Position numbers and translations under genes: made by a program. Below, one piece after another: positions 24,927 through 38,545 of a DNA stretch of 64,000 bases. The DNA comes from Amphiscolops sp. MND2022. Lineage: Eukaryota. The notes below the pieces were generated by a model. It was not told where the DNA came from. It searched no databases and saw only the letters and a program-made list of their open reading frames with translations. Numbering within the stretch: position 1 is the first letter of the stretch; every line of letters begins with the position of its first letter. The stretch is from the NCBI GenBank assembly GCA_964187785.1, contig OZ076416.1:37882001-37946000 (forward strand), given 5' to 3'.

Positions 24927-27900
24927 CTTTAGGGATGTTTTGATTGTATGTTTAATGTTAGCCCTCCCTTTTTCTCATGTTTTCTTCTAGTTTACCAGTA
25001 TTGTAGCTTCTGTGGTCCAGCGGAACCCACCGAATTTGTTTCGAAATAGTTTTACTACCACCACAACCCCAATCTATCATACTGTTTATGTTAACCCAGG
25101 CCATCGTTCCAGCCAACGATGTTAAGTTTATTCGGGAGAATAAATGTCCACAGAGAGGAACAGTATGGAATTTTAGTTTTTAACGTCTATAAATGTCCCA
25201 GAACAGTGAGTGAACCTCAGACGATAGACGATAGCCAAAATTATGTTGGTTACGTTTTTAGACTTGCCGAAGGGGTGAAAGCAGCTGAGAAGAACGGTTA
25301 TACCATGTTTTGTCAAGGCCTATTTGGCGAACATGGTTTTTACACAGTAGACGATACTTTTCCCTGCATAATTACAAAGTAAAATCGACGTAAGCGATAA
25401 CATTGTTCGTATCGGCCAAGTCAGAGCTGAAAAACGTCGAGCGAAAATACTCTAAGATTCAATCAGAAAAACAATTCTCCACAAAACTGGCGAGTCCAAC
25501 CTCATTTCGAATAATCGAAATGTTCAAAGATGAATAATCACAGACACTTGAAATTTGGCATCTGTATACTCGAGCTGTTATGCTACTCGTTTGTAAGAAC
25601 AAAACCAATCCGAGACCCCAGTCTCGGGCTATAAGCAGCGGAAGTGACATAGTCCCACGAGTTCACCGGCAAAGCACGGCATAAGCCATATATTAGATGG
25701 AAGTGATAGCACGTATGAAATTATGCTGTTCGCGTATTTTTTGGGAGTGAAAATCGAACTCCGTAGAAGCAGCATGGACTCCATGTAAACAAACCCCAAA
25801 TATTATGCAAACCGTAACAAGTTGAGCCGAGGATCGTGAAACTTACCTGAGTTGTACCCCAACCAACCCTAAGTAAAATGTTTGAAAAATACATCAATCG
25901 GCCCATAGAGTCTTGTTTGTTTAAAGCCCGCGGAAACGGACGTGCAGACCCGGTAGAGGAGGGCCTTTTGAACTTGGCTTGTTATACCGCAAACAAATCG
26001 TAATAACAAGCGTAGTCGAAACTAGCGTGGATGAAATTGTGTTTGAGGCCCATCCGGGGGTAACCGCCTTAAGTAAACAAACCATACTCATATCTTGTAA
26101 CTCCCGAACCGTTGACTCTGGGACCCTATATCTTGGCATGTAGCAACTTAGGATGAATAAGAAAACTTCAAGGTCACCTGTGGGTATCTGGTCATTTCAG
26201 AAGCGACCCCTGAAAAGATGAATAAAGGTATTTTAAAACATGCTAATCAGCGTAATTGCGTGATAATTTTTAAGAAAAAGAAACCCATACACGAAGAACA
26301 CTTGTGATTATTGTAATTGGGGTTCATTGAGCCATTCTTTTGACATTAGAAACATCTTGGGCGACTTAAATGATCCAATTATCCTAGAAGGTGGACATCG
26401 GACAAGAGGATGAAGTATTTGTTGTAGACGGCTAAGAATGCCCGAAACACGTGCGATGAACAAAGATAACTGAGGCCGAATTGGAATATACTGAATAGAC
26501 ACAACCGAGTTAGAGAGTTAGAAGCAAGTTGATTCTCGCGGAGACAAATTACTTTTCTAGAAAATTGCGTTGTCGCTAGCTCAGAGTAGATTTGCTGACA
26601 AGTCCGGGACCTATAACTTGGTTGGTGGGCTGGAAACATGCCCTGGTTGGAGGGCTGAAACACTGTGATTCCTGTCAAATATGTTTTGTTTCCAGCGGAA
26701 CGACTTCAATTCCTAATTCTTGTCGAAAGTGCAATCACTGCTAAATTTTCTGGGATCCTCTGAGTTGAAAGTTTTGAATTAGATAAGTTTGTTGTTCAGG
26801 TTATCCGTTGCTTTTCATTTTGTATTTACATTTTGTACTAGTTAGATAGTAAGATGCCTCACCTTTTCGTTATTTCATTCACAACGGAAGGGAAAACGTG
26901 CAGTGCCGCTACGACTCTTTCTTCCATGCCCACTTTCGTTGTTCGACTTCTATAAAGTAGTGTTTTTCAAAAAATTATACTACGAATTTTACGGAAGCAA
27001 TATTTTAAAACAAAAGTTGTCCAATCTATATAACGTTTGTGTGAATGAAGAATTGAAAAAATTTCATCGATCCCTGAACAACCTTTTTTAAACATATCTC
27101 AGTCATTTTATAATGTGGCGCTGAAGTGGAAAGCTACAATTTTCTGTTTCAAAAGGTGATGATAGCTGAACAAGTTTTAGAGTTTGTTGAAACCAGCCTG
27201 CGTAGAAGCTCGTCTGTATCTGCTGTAGCTTTTACTGAAGCCCCCGAAGAGAGAAGATTGAGACATCGACTGTGAAGAGGCGTGAAAAGAAGAGGAAACG
27301 GAGCTTGACAGGGCATTGTTCGAGGTCCTTTATCAGGCATCATCAATGTCTATAGATTCTCTGAGTTCTTGCAAAGATTTCCCAGATTTTTTTTGAAATG
27401 TCAAAAGCTGGAGAATAACAAAATCAGATCCCAGATTTTCAAAAGTTATCTACGTGAGTTTAGGCCTGTTTGAAGCTTTTTTCGTATGCAGAACGTTTTT
27501 CTCGCTTGCCGTTCCTACTGTGCTCAGGTTTTTGTTCAGAAAATTGCAAATACGGACCTTGCAAGATACTCGCAAAAATAACAAATAACATTAAGATTTT
27601 TGAAAGAAACTTGAAAGCAATGTATTTTTTTGTCGAATTAGGGTATGTACTAATCCAATGTATAATACTAATCCAATATATACAAGTTGTTATAACAAAG
27701 CTTATTATTGCTAAGCAGGAAAATCACTTCAGAAAATCGCGGACTAATATTTAAGAACTACGGGGAAAACACGTTCAAAAACACCACGCTAAACTCGTAA
27801 AGAATCAACTTACGTTAAAAACCACGGTAAACAAAGCGAAGTACTTTTTTCACTTATATTTTCTATTTTAATCTCAATAACATTTAAAGAGCAGCTCGTT

Positions 27901-28129
27901 TTTCTCTTCACCAAACTCTCCGGAACTTTTAAAGACTTTTTTTAAATGACGATTTTATTCTTCTATTGAAATTTTCACCAGCTTACGGCCTCGTTTTTCA
28001 TTTAAAAAACGAGAACGTTTAATCCAACGAAAATTCTCATCCGTTTTCATTCCATTCTGTCCAAATGAAAGTTTTCCCGAAACAACTGAGAAATTCCAAA
28101 ACAACTTTTGGTATTTTGATAGACATGAA

Positions 28130-28373
28130 TTATAGCATTGCCACTGCGCTTTTTGTTTTATATTTTTTGTTCAACTCAAATAGAATTTGATGACGATGCC
28201 TCGTGGAGTGTCGGGATCTGCCAGACGGTCCTGCTTGTTGCATGGCCATCTGCTGTCTTCTGAACTTGCTCTTAGCTGGCATGGAGAAGAGCTCATCGAA
28301 CGCTTGCTTCTCCTCTCTGTCCAACTTCGAATCCAGAGAAAACGCCACTGGTCGTTTGATGAACTTGTCGCTT
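28130..28373 (-). CDS. Candidate downstream/terminal exon of the TRIM-like gene
   Basis: Acceptor TTTTTAG|A AGC GAC. Phase is compatible with the exon ending at 40370 (AA|A = Lys). Reads SDKFIKRPVAFSLDSKLDREEKQAFDELFSMP...stop. GC-richer than its flanks. Confidence 0.4.
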
Positions 28374-31300
28374 CTAAAAACCAACAGTCATTTTAACTTC
28401 TGTATATGTTTGAAAATTTCAACAGCCAAGGCACGCACTCTTCACGCGTTCTTTCTATCTCAACTGTTCTCGAAAATGCAACGTGTTTGGAACAATACAG
28501 AGCAAAAAAATGTAGAGCAAAATTTTCAATGATCAAGAAAATTGAATCAATGAAACTCTATACCCCAAAAAGAACGACTGGAGCCGATAGCTCAGAAGAA
28601 ATGAAATGGTGAGGTGTACATTTTATGCAAAGGTACCCTTCCCGGGTCGACCTTCCATGAATATCTTAGTAAGATCTTGGCAAGATATTGACAAGAATTG
28701 CAAGATGTCATCGGAAAATCTTATCAAGAGAGCCATGTTCCCAAGAGAAATTTTATTCCAAAGTTCTATTTGGCCAGAAAAAAATCTGGAAGGATGTCAA
28801 CAAAAATCAACATTTTTGCAGATTTATAATGTTAGACATTAAATTTTTCTGTTAGCAAGGTATAAAATTTGAGTGCAGAGTCCGTATGCTGTTTAGTTAA
28901 TGCACTGATTAAATTGTTCAATCAATTGCAAAACCGTTGTCAACAACGGCGTCAGAAAAGCCTTGAGCTGAATCATTGCACAAACCGGGACAATGACCAC
29001 ACTTTCCAGCAATAATACGGCTGCTTAAACAGGCTGAAATAAAGATGGAGATATGAATCAACAAAAATTTCCGGATTTCACAGTGTTCCCTGTGCAACTT
29101 TCCGATAGTGGCTTTGGACGTTTGAGACCATTTTTCTCCGTCTCTGGAGCGACAGGTGTGATAAGTTACAAGTTTTCAAAAGCCCTTGAAATGAGCTTTC
29201 ATTTGGTTCATTCGCATTTCTCAATCTTAAACAGGAGTTATTAGGATTCTCGACAGAATTTCGGAAGCCAGAATACCTTATCGTAATTTTTCGCACATTT
29301 TCGCATGCAAATTTATTTCAGCGGGTTGAAGCATTTTGATCATGAAAACGAGTGGAAATAGTCGTTGTTCGGTGAAATGAGCCTTTAGATTGAGTCTCGG
29401 CTGCTTGTACCGAAGGTATAGTGTTTTTTACAACCTTAGAATTTTGTCCATCGTGACAAGATACGATCTTGGAATAACGTATTATCTTAGTAGGATCTTA
29501 TTAAGAATCTTCCCGTGGGTTCCATGGTCGCCAAGATGTAGTAAGAATTTGGTAAGATCTTACCAAGACAGCCAAGATGCTAGTAAGATGGTCACTTCGG
29601 GTTTCTTTTATTGCGGATGGCATGGGCATTTATGCAAAATTTAGCAAATTTTGGTTCGACAAGTTCCATAGAAATACATTGTGCGATCAGAAAGCAAACC
29701 ATAGGAAGGTTTCCAACTCGCAGTTCCGATTTAGTTTTCATATTGCACTGAACAAGCAATCTGTCTAAACTTCTATCTAGATTAAAAGTGCCGAAAGTTT
29801 CAAGTAAATAACAAGTTGTCAATTTGTTACATTGAAACAATTGGGTTGAACATTTGTAACGGCAAGCTGTTGTCGGTCGCTTAACTCGTTAACAGAGGTG
29901 GAGGAACCTGCAGAAATGGGTAAATCGCTCGGGACGGGCGCCCATCGCCATCCATTTTGCCTCCAGGGGTGAAATACGTCCCGAGGCCGTGGGTGCTTCG
30001 ACGAATACTGTCCAACCGGTCCTAGTCTTTGATTGCTAATAGTAATGGGCATCTTCCTGACTCTCTGAAGACCACCGCTGAACTAGCTTGTAAAAACAAT
30101 GCCAAGAATGAGGTAAATTTCCAATTTCAGGGTGACATGGGTACTAAGTTCTAAAATGGGGAATAACGTCTAATATGCCAAAACTAGCGCTTGAGCTAGC
30201 TAAAACCAGTGAAAATACATCAGAATAGGCACGAATATGGCAAACCACACAGCTAGAAGTTGGGGCGCATGGGCTCCAAGCACCAAACAAAGATAATTAA
30301 GCCAAAAGACTCATTTTGCTGCTTTCCGCTACTTAAGGTAGCATAATGCTAAAATCAAAGAAAACCAGGGTTAGCACCTGAAAAAGAGTCTTTTTATGAG
30401 TTTTTTAGCGCATGGGCTTCTTCGTTCTCTTTCTTCTCGCTCGGTCTTGCTCGGTCCTCATTTTGCATGGAAAATGGCGAAAACAGCGAAAAGAGCAATC
30501 ACATGCTCAGTGCCACGTCACACAGCGGATTAGAATTTTTGACAAAGTTTCTGGACATGTCCAAGCCGCAAAATCGCTGTACCAGAGGTTCCCGTTACAA
30601 TTGATAATTCCCGTGGGTTCCCGTCTATTCCAGAAAAAAACAGTTGAATTTAAAAAACGTGGTCGGAAAATTTCATATACAAGCAACAAAGTCAAACTTA
30701 ATAACTTTGTAATCAGCAAACAAAAGTAGTAATCAACAAACTTCCAAATAGTGGATAACAGAGATATTGGGAGAAAAAGCATTGATCGACCTCCAAAATT
30801 CAAGGAAATGGATGAAAGACAGTTTCTGAGAATGATATGAAAAGATATTTGCGTTAACCTACAAAAACAACGCACTTACAACCGATAAAAGGAAATCAGT
30901 CACCATGCTGCAGTTCGAAAGTTTTTCAAAAATTATAGTTGATTTTGATTTTCGGGGCATCATGGCATTTTTTGAACATCATTATCAACTTTCTGTACAA
31001 AAAAGCAAGTTGGAAAGCTCATTGTTTCATCGAGGAACTCAGTGGATGTACCTAAATTTGGAAATAAAAAGTGTCATAAAAGTGAAGAGGTCATTTCGAT
31101 GTAACTTCGAGGCACCTTCGTTGAAAATTTTTTCCAGAAAAATGAATTATCTCGAGTTATACCTATGCTACGAGCCTAATTTTACGCCATTTGAATTTTG
31201 TGGAAGTCATTATTTTGGGTAAAAAATATGCGCACAAAATGATTGACATTTTTTGTTTCATTCCTAGAACTGTTTGGGCACGTTTTGAGCAAAATTTAAA

Positions 31301-32650
31301 ATGCCTGTTAGTGAACTGAATCAAGAAGGAGTTTTTCAGCATGAAGTCTACAAAAGTTATTTTAACTAAGATTTCCAAACAAACGCTAGACTATTGTATT
31401 TCGTCGAGCCTTCAATCACTGTCAAAGATTCGCCTCGATTGAACGTTTATTTGTTAGTTGTCTGGGAGCTCGTTTGTTTCGAATGCATAGTTTAATTGAT
31501 GTTATAATTATTTGCTTGTTTTTTGCAGACTGCGGCCTTCAAATGTCGCTAAAATCCGGCTAAATGACCGAAAAAGAATCCAATTTATTGATTTTCACTG
31601 TCAAAAGATCACAAATCTAAACTGCGTTTTTAAAGAAAGTCATTTATAGAGTTAATTTGTACTGTAACACAAAAGTAGTATTATAATCTCCGCAAAAATT
31701 GAAGTGAACTTAAAATAACAGCGAGGGTGGAAAAATTTGCTCTTTGTTTCGTCATCGAACCCTCAATTAAGTTGCCATTTTAGGAGTTTTGACATCTCAA
31801 ACAGCATATATTAGTTTAAAATTTTGTTGAATTGCTAATTTCAAAACAAACTGGATGCTCGGATGAGTGGGAAATAACAATATGATATCTGAAAATTGTT
31901 TTCAAATATCAAACACGTTATGCATAACGCTCGTTCGTTTTCTAGTTTTTTGGCCTAAGTAGAATAAGAATAATTTTAGAATAATTTTGGGTTAAGAATA
32001 GCGTTTCGGTCTTGTGAATGCAAACATGTTCCATTTGTTCGAAGAACGTTTCAATTCTCCCATTGAAAACTTTAAAGGAAACTTTTACTTGATAGATTTT
32101 CGAATTTGGGAAAAAGGAAAAAGTAGACTCGAGCCCAACAGAGTTCCTCAAAATATATGATTTCAAAATATCTTAAAATTTTCAATCAGAAACAGAGCAC
32201 AGTAGGTTTTAGCCCTAGAAAAGCTCAGATTTGCGTTTACAAAAAGGTTTGAAGCTTTGAACAAGCCTTGAACGGTATCAGTCGACGCCCTGCGTAATGC
32301 TTGAATCATTTCAAGAAGTGAGGTGGTACTCCAAGGATATCTTCTACTAAGACAAAAAACTATTGCATAAAGATGGCACGTCTCAATAGAGGAACAATAG
32401 TTCCACTATGAAAACTAAGTGTGAAATTCCAAGTATGTTCATTGGTTGTTTTCTACTAGTAAATAGGTGGCCCCATCACTGATTTCTGTCAGCTTCAACA
32501 TGCAAAAATTAGAATGGGCAGAACGAAGTTCAAAATAACTTTTCAGGAACTCTCACTTAAATCAGTACGCGAGAACTGAAAAAAATACCCAAAACCCCAG
32601 TGGTCTTTAGCAGAGACAACAACGATTTCTCAAACTGAATTGACAACTGT

Positions 32651-33034
32651 AACAAGACGCCCGCTAAGCACCGGGATATTTTCCGCCCTTTTCGCCTTCA
32701 GCAACTGAACCATAGCTATTTTGGGAGGGGGAATAGGATCTAAAGAATAAAATCTAAAATTTAGTGATTTTAGATCTTATTCCCTTTAGATCTTATTCCC
32801 GTCCTTAAATTTTAGATCTTATTCCTTTTAGACCTCATTCCCTTTTTTGACTTTAGATATTATTGCCCTTCTAAGCTAGCTTCTAGCTTCTAAGCAAGCT
32901 TCTCCCCTTCTAAGCGATTAGGAGATAGTCAAGTGGATGGAGTAGTCAAAAGGAGTTTCGACAGAATTTGGAAAGAAAACGAATCACAGATTATGATTTT
33001 CCTCCCCCATTGAAAATGTGGGTCGGAAAATAAC
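32651..33034 (+). mobile_element. Helentron/HINE-like repeat, family 2, with an internal TAGATCTTATTCC-repeat insert (~32725-32871)
   Basis: Same termini as 4984-5215. The interior is replaced by a different repeat. Confidence 0.5.
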
Positions 33035-35269
33035 AATTGAAAAGCAACTCCAAGGACTGACGGAAACATTTACCCAACAAGAGAAGCAAGAGCTATTAAC
33101 AAAAGTAATTGCTGCTAGCGAAGCTGCGAAAACAAAACACTTGAAATACTTTGGCGAAAAATGCGAGTATCCTGCAAAAAATTTCTGAAAGATCTGCAAT
33201 TTCTCAATCCAATAAAGAGTTTGTCCTACCCAGAGAATCCGAATTTGAATTTCCCAAATTTCGATGCAGTTTCAGCAGTAGAGCTAAAAAATTACCGAAA
33301 GGAGGCACGAAACTTTGTTCCAGTCAAAACTGGTGAGATAGTGGAAGTTTTTGCGAAAAAAAGTTCAGGCTGTTTATGACTTCTGGAGAGGTAAAAAAAC
33401 ACTCTTTCAGCGCTATCAAATATTGCCATGGATAATGTTTTCAAGAAGATAAACTTCTACAAGATGATAGATAAGGCTAAATGAAGAACATCTCAAACAA
33501 TTACTCTTTTTGTATGTTAATGCATCATAATTGTAATTTATACCATCGTTTTTTGCGTGATTTGTAGCGTGATTTTTAATAATGATTTTGCATGAATCTT
33601 TGAAATCCCTGGTTTTTAGCCTCGCAAGAAAAGAAAAACAAAAAATGAGATCAATCTGAATTACGAACGTTTCTTCTGATATGTATTACCTTCTGTATGT
33701 ACGTTACAGCAGAGAACATTATTTTTGTTCAACACGAAAGGATTAGAAACATTGAGTTTTCACCACCATTTATCACGGTCAATCCAGACACCGCTTGTAA
33801 CAATCAGAAGCGCTATCGAGCTTTTCACGTGTCAAAAAGTAGAACTTGAAAGAGCCAGTTTGTCGATATCTGCTTTTGGAAAAGCTGAGGAGAAACAATT
33901 TTAATAATCCGCTCTTCGATGAAACGGAAAGGGCCGAAGTTAAAATCAGGTAAGGTATGTCTTTTTTTGGTGTGTTGCTAAAACAATTTAGACCGACAAT
34001 ATTTGCAACAGATGAGTTCGATTGACTACTTCGTTTGGTTGAATTTTAGAAGCAAGTTCATGTTTTTGATTTGTTTTTTTTTGGTAGCAAAGAACCTTTT
34101 GAGACTCCAAATTAGCTTCTTTGGGATTTTTAGCATGTTTTTGAGCCTATTGGTTCCTAGGTGGGGCCGTCTCGAGCCCTTCCCGACTTGCTCTATAAAA
34201 TAAAGAATCAGCTTTGATAATTTTATGATGATCATAATTTTCATTTTTTTTCTTTTTAGCTGATTGGTGTTTTTCAGTAAACATACAACACTGAATGAAA
34301 CTTGGAAGTTAGAAGGCAAAAACATCGAAACAGATACGATTCGAACCTCCTCGATATAGCGCAAAACTTTATTCATAGCAGAAAAAAATTATTTTGGTCC
34401 GGTTCATGCGTTAATGTTCTCTTTTTCGAATTGAGAAAACCCAAATTTGTCCAATTTTTTTTCCAGGTGGATGACCTATAACAGTTTTGGTTCTTTTCAG
34501 AGCACTATTCTTTCATCCGATTTTTTTTCGGGGCTGTTCAAATAAATTTGTCAATACGCTGATTAATTCAACAGTGTTTTGCTTGACAATATTTTAAAAA
34601 TCACAAATGAAAATCATGATAATGAGAAGAATTATGATAAATTCTGCTGTTTCGGTTGTCATTGGTTTCAATTAATCTCACATTTTCTCCAAATATGGTT
34701 ATCACGGAGACCTTGAACGAAGACTTGCTTTATTGCAAATTAATGCACTGAAGAAGAAAATTACCTTCAGATAATTGGTCTTCAGAAATTGCTCTATCAT
34801 CTCAAGAGCTAATGGACAATCAAAAAAGCGTCAGAAGTTTTATTTTACAAAATCAAAAATTTTACGTCAGAAGTTTTATTGCGGTTGGAACTAAATCGCA
34901 CTTAATTTTTCCATATTGCCATATTGAGTTCATTATGGGTTCAACCGTGGGTACCAACTAACACGTTTCTGATCGAAAGCAGTGTTAAGAAACAATATGT
35001 TGTCACTGCAATAAATTGCCAATAATACAAATAAATAATATATTGATAGATTATTCCAGAACCAATAATATTGGCAATTTATTGGATTTTGGGTATTATA
35101 TCACTGCATTGAAAACAGTTCTCGAGCAAAGCTGCTTGAGAAATAAGTTGTGACAAAGTCGTGACCAATAAAATTTCAGTAATTGTTTGCGTTGGTTCAA
35201 ACTTTGTGACTACGAAACTCTCGCTTTTGCAAAACGTGTATATTATCAACGTGAACCTGACTAGCTGTT

Positions 35270-36560
35270 TCACTGAGAATCAAACTAAATTCTCCGGCAA
35301 GCCAATTTCTGACTTTTACTTCCATGTCGTGGATGACTCGAAGTCTCCTGTGATTATATTTGAATGCAGATGGAAGAAAACAAGAACTCAAAATATCTTG
35401 TCAGGGTATTCTATTGTGGTATCTCATGTCGAAGAGAGGCATCCGGAATATGTATTACCAGCGTATGCAACAAACTTTGGACACAACCAGTACCGATAGA
35501 ACTATTCAATTGCAATCTCAATTATTGTGCAAGCCCAAGCGGGCTTCCAATTTATTTTCTTGGTTAGAATGGACAATTACGGACAACAACTCTTTATCAT
35601 TTTGTGAGAAAACTCTTGGTTATAAAATATTCCAAGTTAGAGCCAGATTGTTCAAAGACAATTGGCAAATATGTCGTACTGTTAACTCAAAAAGTGGAAA
35701 CAATGATTCAAAAAGAGTTGCCCGGTTCATTTGGTTGGTCCTTGATGGTTGGACTCATGGACAAACGCATTATGTGGGCCTTTTTGCAGTTTATCCGTAT
35801 CCAGCAAACCCCGAACAGGCTGCAGCTCCTTTGTTGAGCTTTTCGCCTCTGCTGATTGAACAAGATTTTACAGCTTCAAGCTATTATGATTTCATCAAGA
35901 CTAATCTGGAGACAGTTTATCTTTGCAAAATTGACAAAATAAACTTTTCAGTAGCAGATAATTGCGCAATGAATAAAAGCTTGTCTGACCTTCTCGGTGT
36001 GCCGTTATTTGGCTGTGCTTCACACCGGTTAATTATTGCAGTAAAAAACTACTGGAAACTGAAGGCAGTGAAGACGTTAAAGACAAAGTGCGAAAACTAA
36101 TAGCGAAAATGAGGAATTTAAAAGACGCCGAGGATTGCAATTATTGATTTTATAACCCGGTGGAACTCGATTTATCACATGTTGGTGAGAAATTTCGAGA
36201 TTTTACCAATTCTGGATTCTTCTGATACGGATATTGCACCTTCGATGATCAACCCGAGTGAGAACATGAAGATGAAAAACTTGATTTCTGCTGTAGAAAA
36301 ATATGAATCCGTTACGTTGAAACTTCAAAGAGAAGATTTGGACCTAGCATCTGCACAAATTTCATTTGATGAGCTCTTTAAAGCGTTTCCACAGATGGGG
36401 AGACTATGGAAAAAACGCGAAAGTTGTTCATAGCCCCAACTTTGAAAACGCTTTCGTCCAAGTGCTGCTCGAGGAGTAAGCACAATTGACAAATGTTGAA
36501 AAAAAAACGAATTACAATATACCGAAATACCGACCAAAGAAACCGCCTTTCCCCTGTTAT
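35270..36560 (+). pseudogene. Decayed hAT-like transposase with BED-type finger
   Basis: Frameshifted peptides: FECRWKKTRTQNILSGYSIVVSHVEERHPEY (BED-like), ASNLFSWLEW, LVLDGW (catalytic D), VADNC (catalytic D), LGVPLFGCASHRL (CxxH), ESVTLKLQREDLDL, VHSPNFENAFVQVL. Confidence 0.85.
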
Positions 36561-36642
36561 GTTCGAAAAAATTTTGTTTTTGAAGCATAATAAATTATAT
36601 TGGGGAGTTTCCCTTGTTTCCGAATTAATCTCGGAAGCAGGT

Positions 36643-37089
36643 CAGGGACCGTAGTGACTCTAAAATCGCATAATGAGCTTAAATTCGGCCTTCTTTACGA
36701 ATGCGCTTGAAAGCGCATAATCGGGTGCATAATCCATGTATTCGAAAAAAAAACAAAATTTTGGCTGACTTGATTAACAACTAAAACAATTGAGTCTCAC
36801 CGAAACGAGGGTCTTTAATTTTCAGCTAGTTAAATTTGACAGTCCTTCGTTTCGGTGCGGCCTAAGTGTCACAATTTTATTGTGTCAGCAAAAGATTTGA
36901 TGTTTTTTTTACATAAATGCCTTTTTTGTCAGAAAAGACCAAAATACACTATATCGCAGGAGCGATTATTTTCCAGAAATTGAGTAAAAGCCTCTAAAAA
37001 TGCATAATTTGCCGCATAATCTGCCATAATTGAGGGCATAAGTGAGCCTCTAATTTAGAATTATTTTGCGTATAAAACTACGGTCCCTG
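36643..37089. mobile_element. hAT-type MITE
   Basis: TIR CAGGGACCGTAG...CTACGGTCCCTG with an exact 8-bp TSD AAGCAGGT (36635-36642 and 37090-37097). Internal GCATAAT repeats. Confidence 0.92.
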
Positions 37090-37867
37090 AAGCAGGTGCT
37101 CGAAAAAGAAAAACACCAGAGGAAGAACTACAAACAATTAATTAGTCAAGCCAGTGGATAGCCAAGAACCAGTGGATTTCTGAATATTGCACAGGCTGGT
37201 GAGAATTCCCCGTGAATAACCAGAAAAAACTATAGTTCAATGCCATAATTCTATATTGAGAAATTTGTTGGATTTCTACTTACTTGTTTACTTCATTCTG
37301 TTGCAGTATTTTGTCTGTGTTTTGTTTTTATTAAAGTTAAAATTTATGCTTTTCAATGTTATGGACTTGAGATATTTGATGATAATAAAGTTTTTTTCAA
37401 GCGTTTGTATGTTTATACAAGTTGGGTGGACCGAAACGAAAGCATTGAGCAACTTTCTTGGAAAAGAATTGAAACTCTCATCTTTGCGCTTCTAGTCGAT
37501 GTAAACTAAACTAATGCATGTATTTAAAGGACTATTAAACCGATATAATATATTTTTTGCAATATATTTTTGTCTAGGTATTCGGAAACTAATAATTTAT
37601 TGTTAGGAATTATTACTACCAAATCAGTTGCAATATATTATTTCCGAAAACTGATCGACACTGAAGACAGTCATTGTTGATACCGACGGTTGTTGATACG
37701 CTATTAAGGTACCACAAAGCTAAAAACACTTGATTCTAAATCTCAAATGGCGATAAATTTGTACATAATCAATAGACACAAAAGTCATTGGGTCAATGCT
37801 GACTTGAATTTTCCAGATTTGAAGGAAGAAGTTCATTTCCCCAATTATGTTTTTCTAGGTCGGCGCC

Positions 37868-38166
37868 CTTTCGGATACCATCTCCCATAGCAAGCTATGG
37901 TACCATATTTGCAGCAGAGGTCAAGTAATTGTGGACTTGAAGCTGTGGTTTCAAAGTGACTTGCTCAAGGTCATAAAGGTCTGACTGCGCACTGTTGCTG
38001 TCTTTATTTATGCTTTGCGCCAAATGGTTCATTTTTTGTCACTGACCATACCACTGAGCTAGGGATGAAAGACTTGCTTAAGGCCCAACAAGGGTGAGTT
38101 GAGAGAGAGTCGAACTCGATATCGCCCAGTCCAGGTTGAAAACTCTAACCAATACACCATGCTCCC
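37868..38166 (-). mobile_element. tRNA-derived SINE
   Basis: Minus-strand head GGGAGCATGGTGTATTGGTTAGAG...GAGTTCGACTC. The ~300-bp body is homologous to 44559-44853. Confidence 0.75.
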
Positions 38167-38269
38167 CATAATTTACAGGGAAATTTTTTGTTTTGAATTT
38201 ACACGAAAACTGCAAAACTTAAGAGCTAACAACAGTATTCGCTAACTTTTGACGTTTTTTTTTGAAATT

Positions 38270-38545
38270 CATCATGCAAATATCTCAATAACCACTGTTC
38301 TTAACAAACAATTGTTTGAGACAAACTCTATACCCAAAAGAAACCCCCATCTGTAAAAAATTTCTAACGTATTTCTTCTGAAAATTTCGACAGGGCGATG
38401 CAGAAAAATGATTATCGAAAATTTGTAAAAAAACTCGATATTGTAACCAACTTGCAAATTTTGCGATTCTTGTACAAACTTTGTAAGAAATGCCTAATTA
38501 ACGAGAAATTCGGCCGAATTTTGCAAAACTTGTGATTTCTGAAAA
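38270..38545. repeat. Fragment of the CACTA-like MITE family
   Basis: TTGCAAATTTTGCGATTCTTGTACAAACTT matches 1060-1091. Left boundary is approximate. Confidence 0.5.

Larger units (their letters stand above)
18057..26625 (+). mobile_element. Degenerate LTR element related to 6941-16056
   Basis: LTR-homologous sequence starts TATGGAATTT at 18057 and again at 25164, after a purine-rich tract CAGAGAGGAACAG. PBS at 19673 and 20982. The internal region is homologous to ORF1-3 but full of stops and frameshifts. The 3' LTR is truncated near 26625. Confidence 0.8.

Noticed and set aside
27149-27350. Possible further minus-strand exon (PDKGPRTMPCQAPFPLL...)
   Set aside because: An acceptor-like TATAG exists, but I found no convincing donor linking it to the 28373 exon. 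Left unannotated.
29819-30089. Phase-compatible candidate exon of the TRIM-like gene (GGLQRVRKMPITISNQ...)
   Set aside because: The sequence is homologous to ~43080-43250, so it is a dispersed repeat remnant rather than a unique exon.
32250-32348. Short open minus-strand frame RRYPWSTTSLLEMIQAL after an AG
   Set aside because: Weak donor and no homology support.
34980-37663. CAGTGT...ACACTG as ends of the autonomous hAT
   Set aside because: Only 6 bp match and there is no 8-bp TSD (ATCGAAAG vs AAGACAGT).
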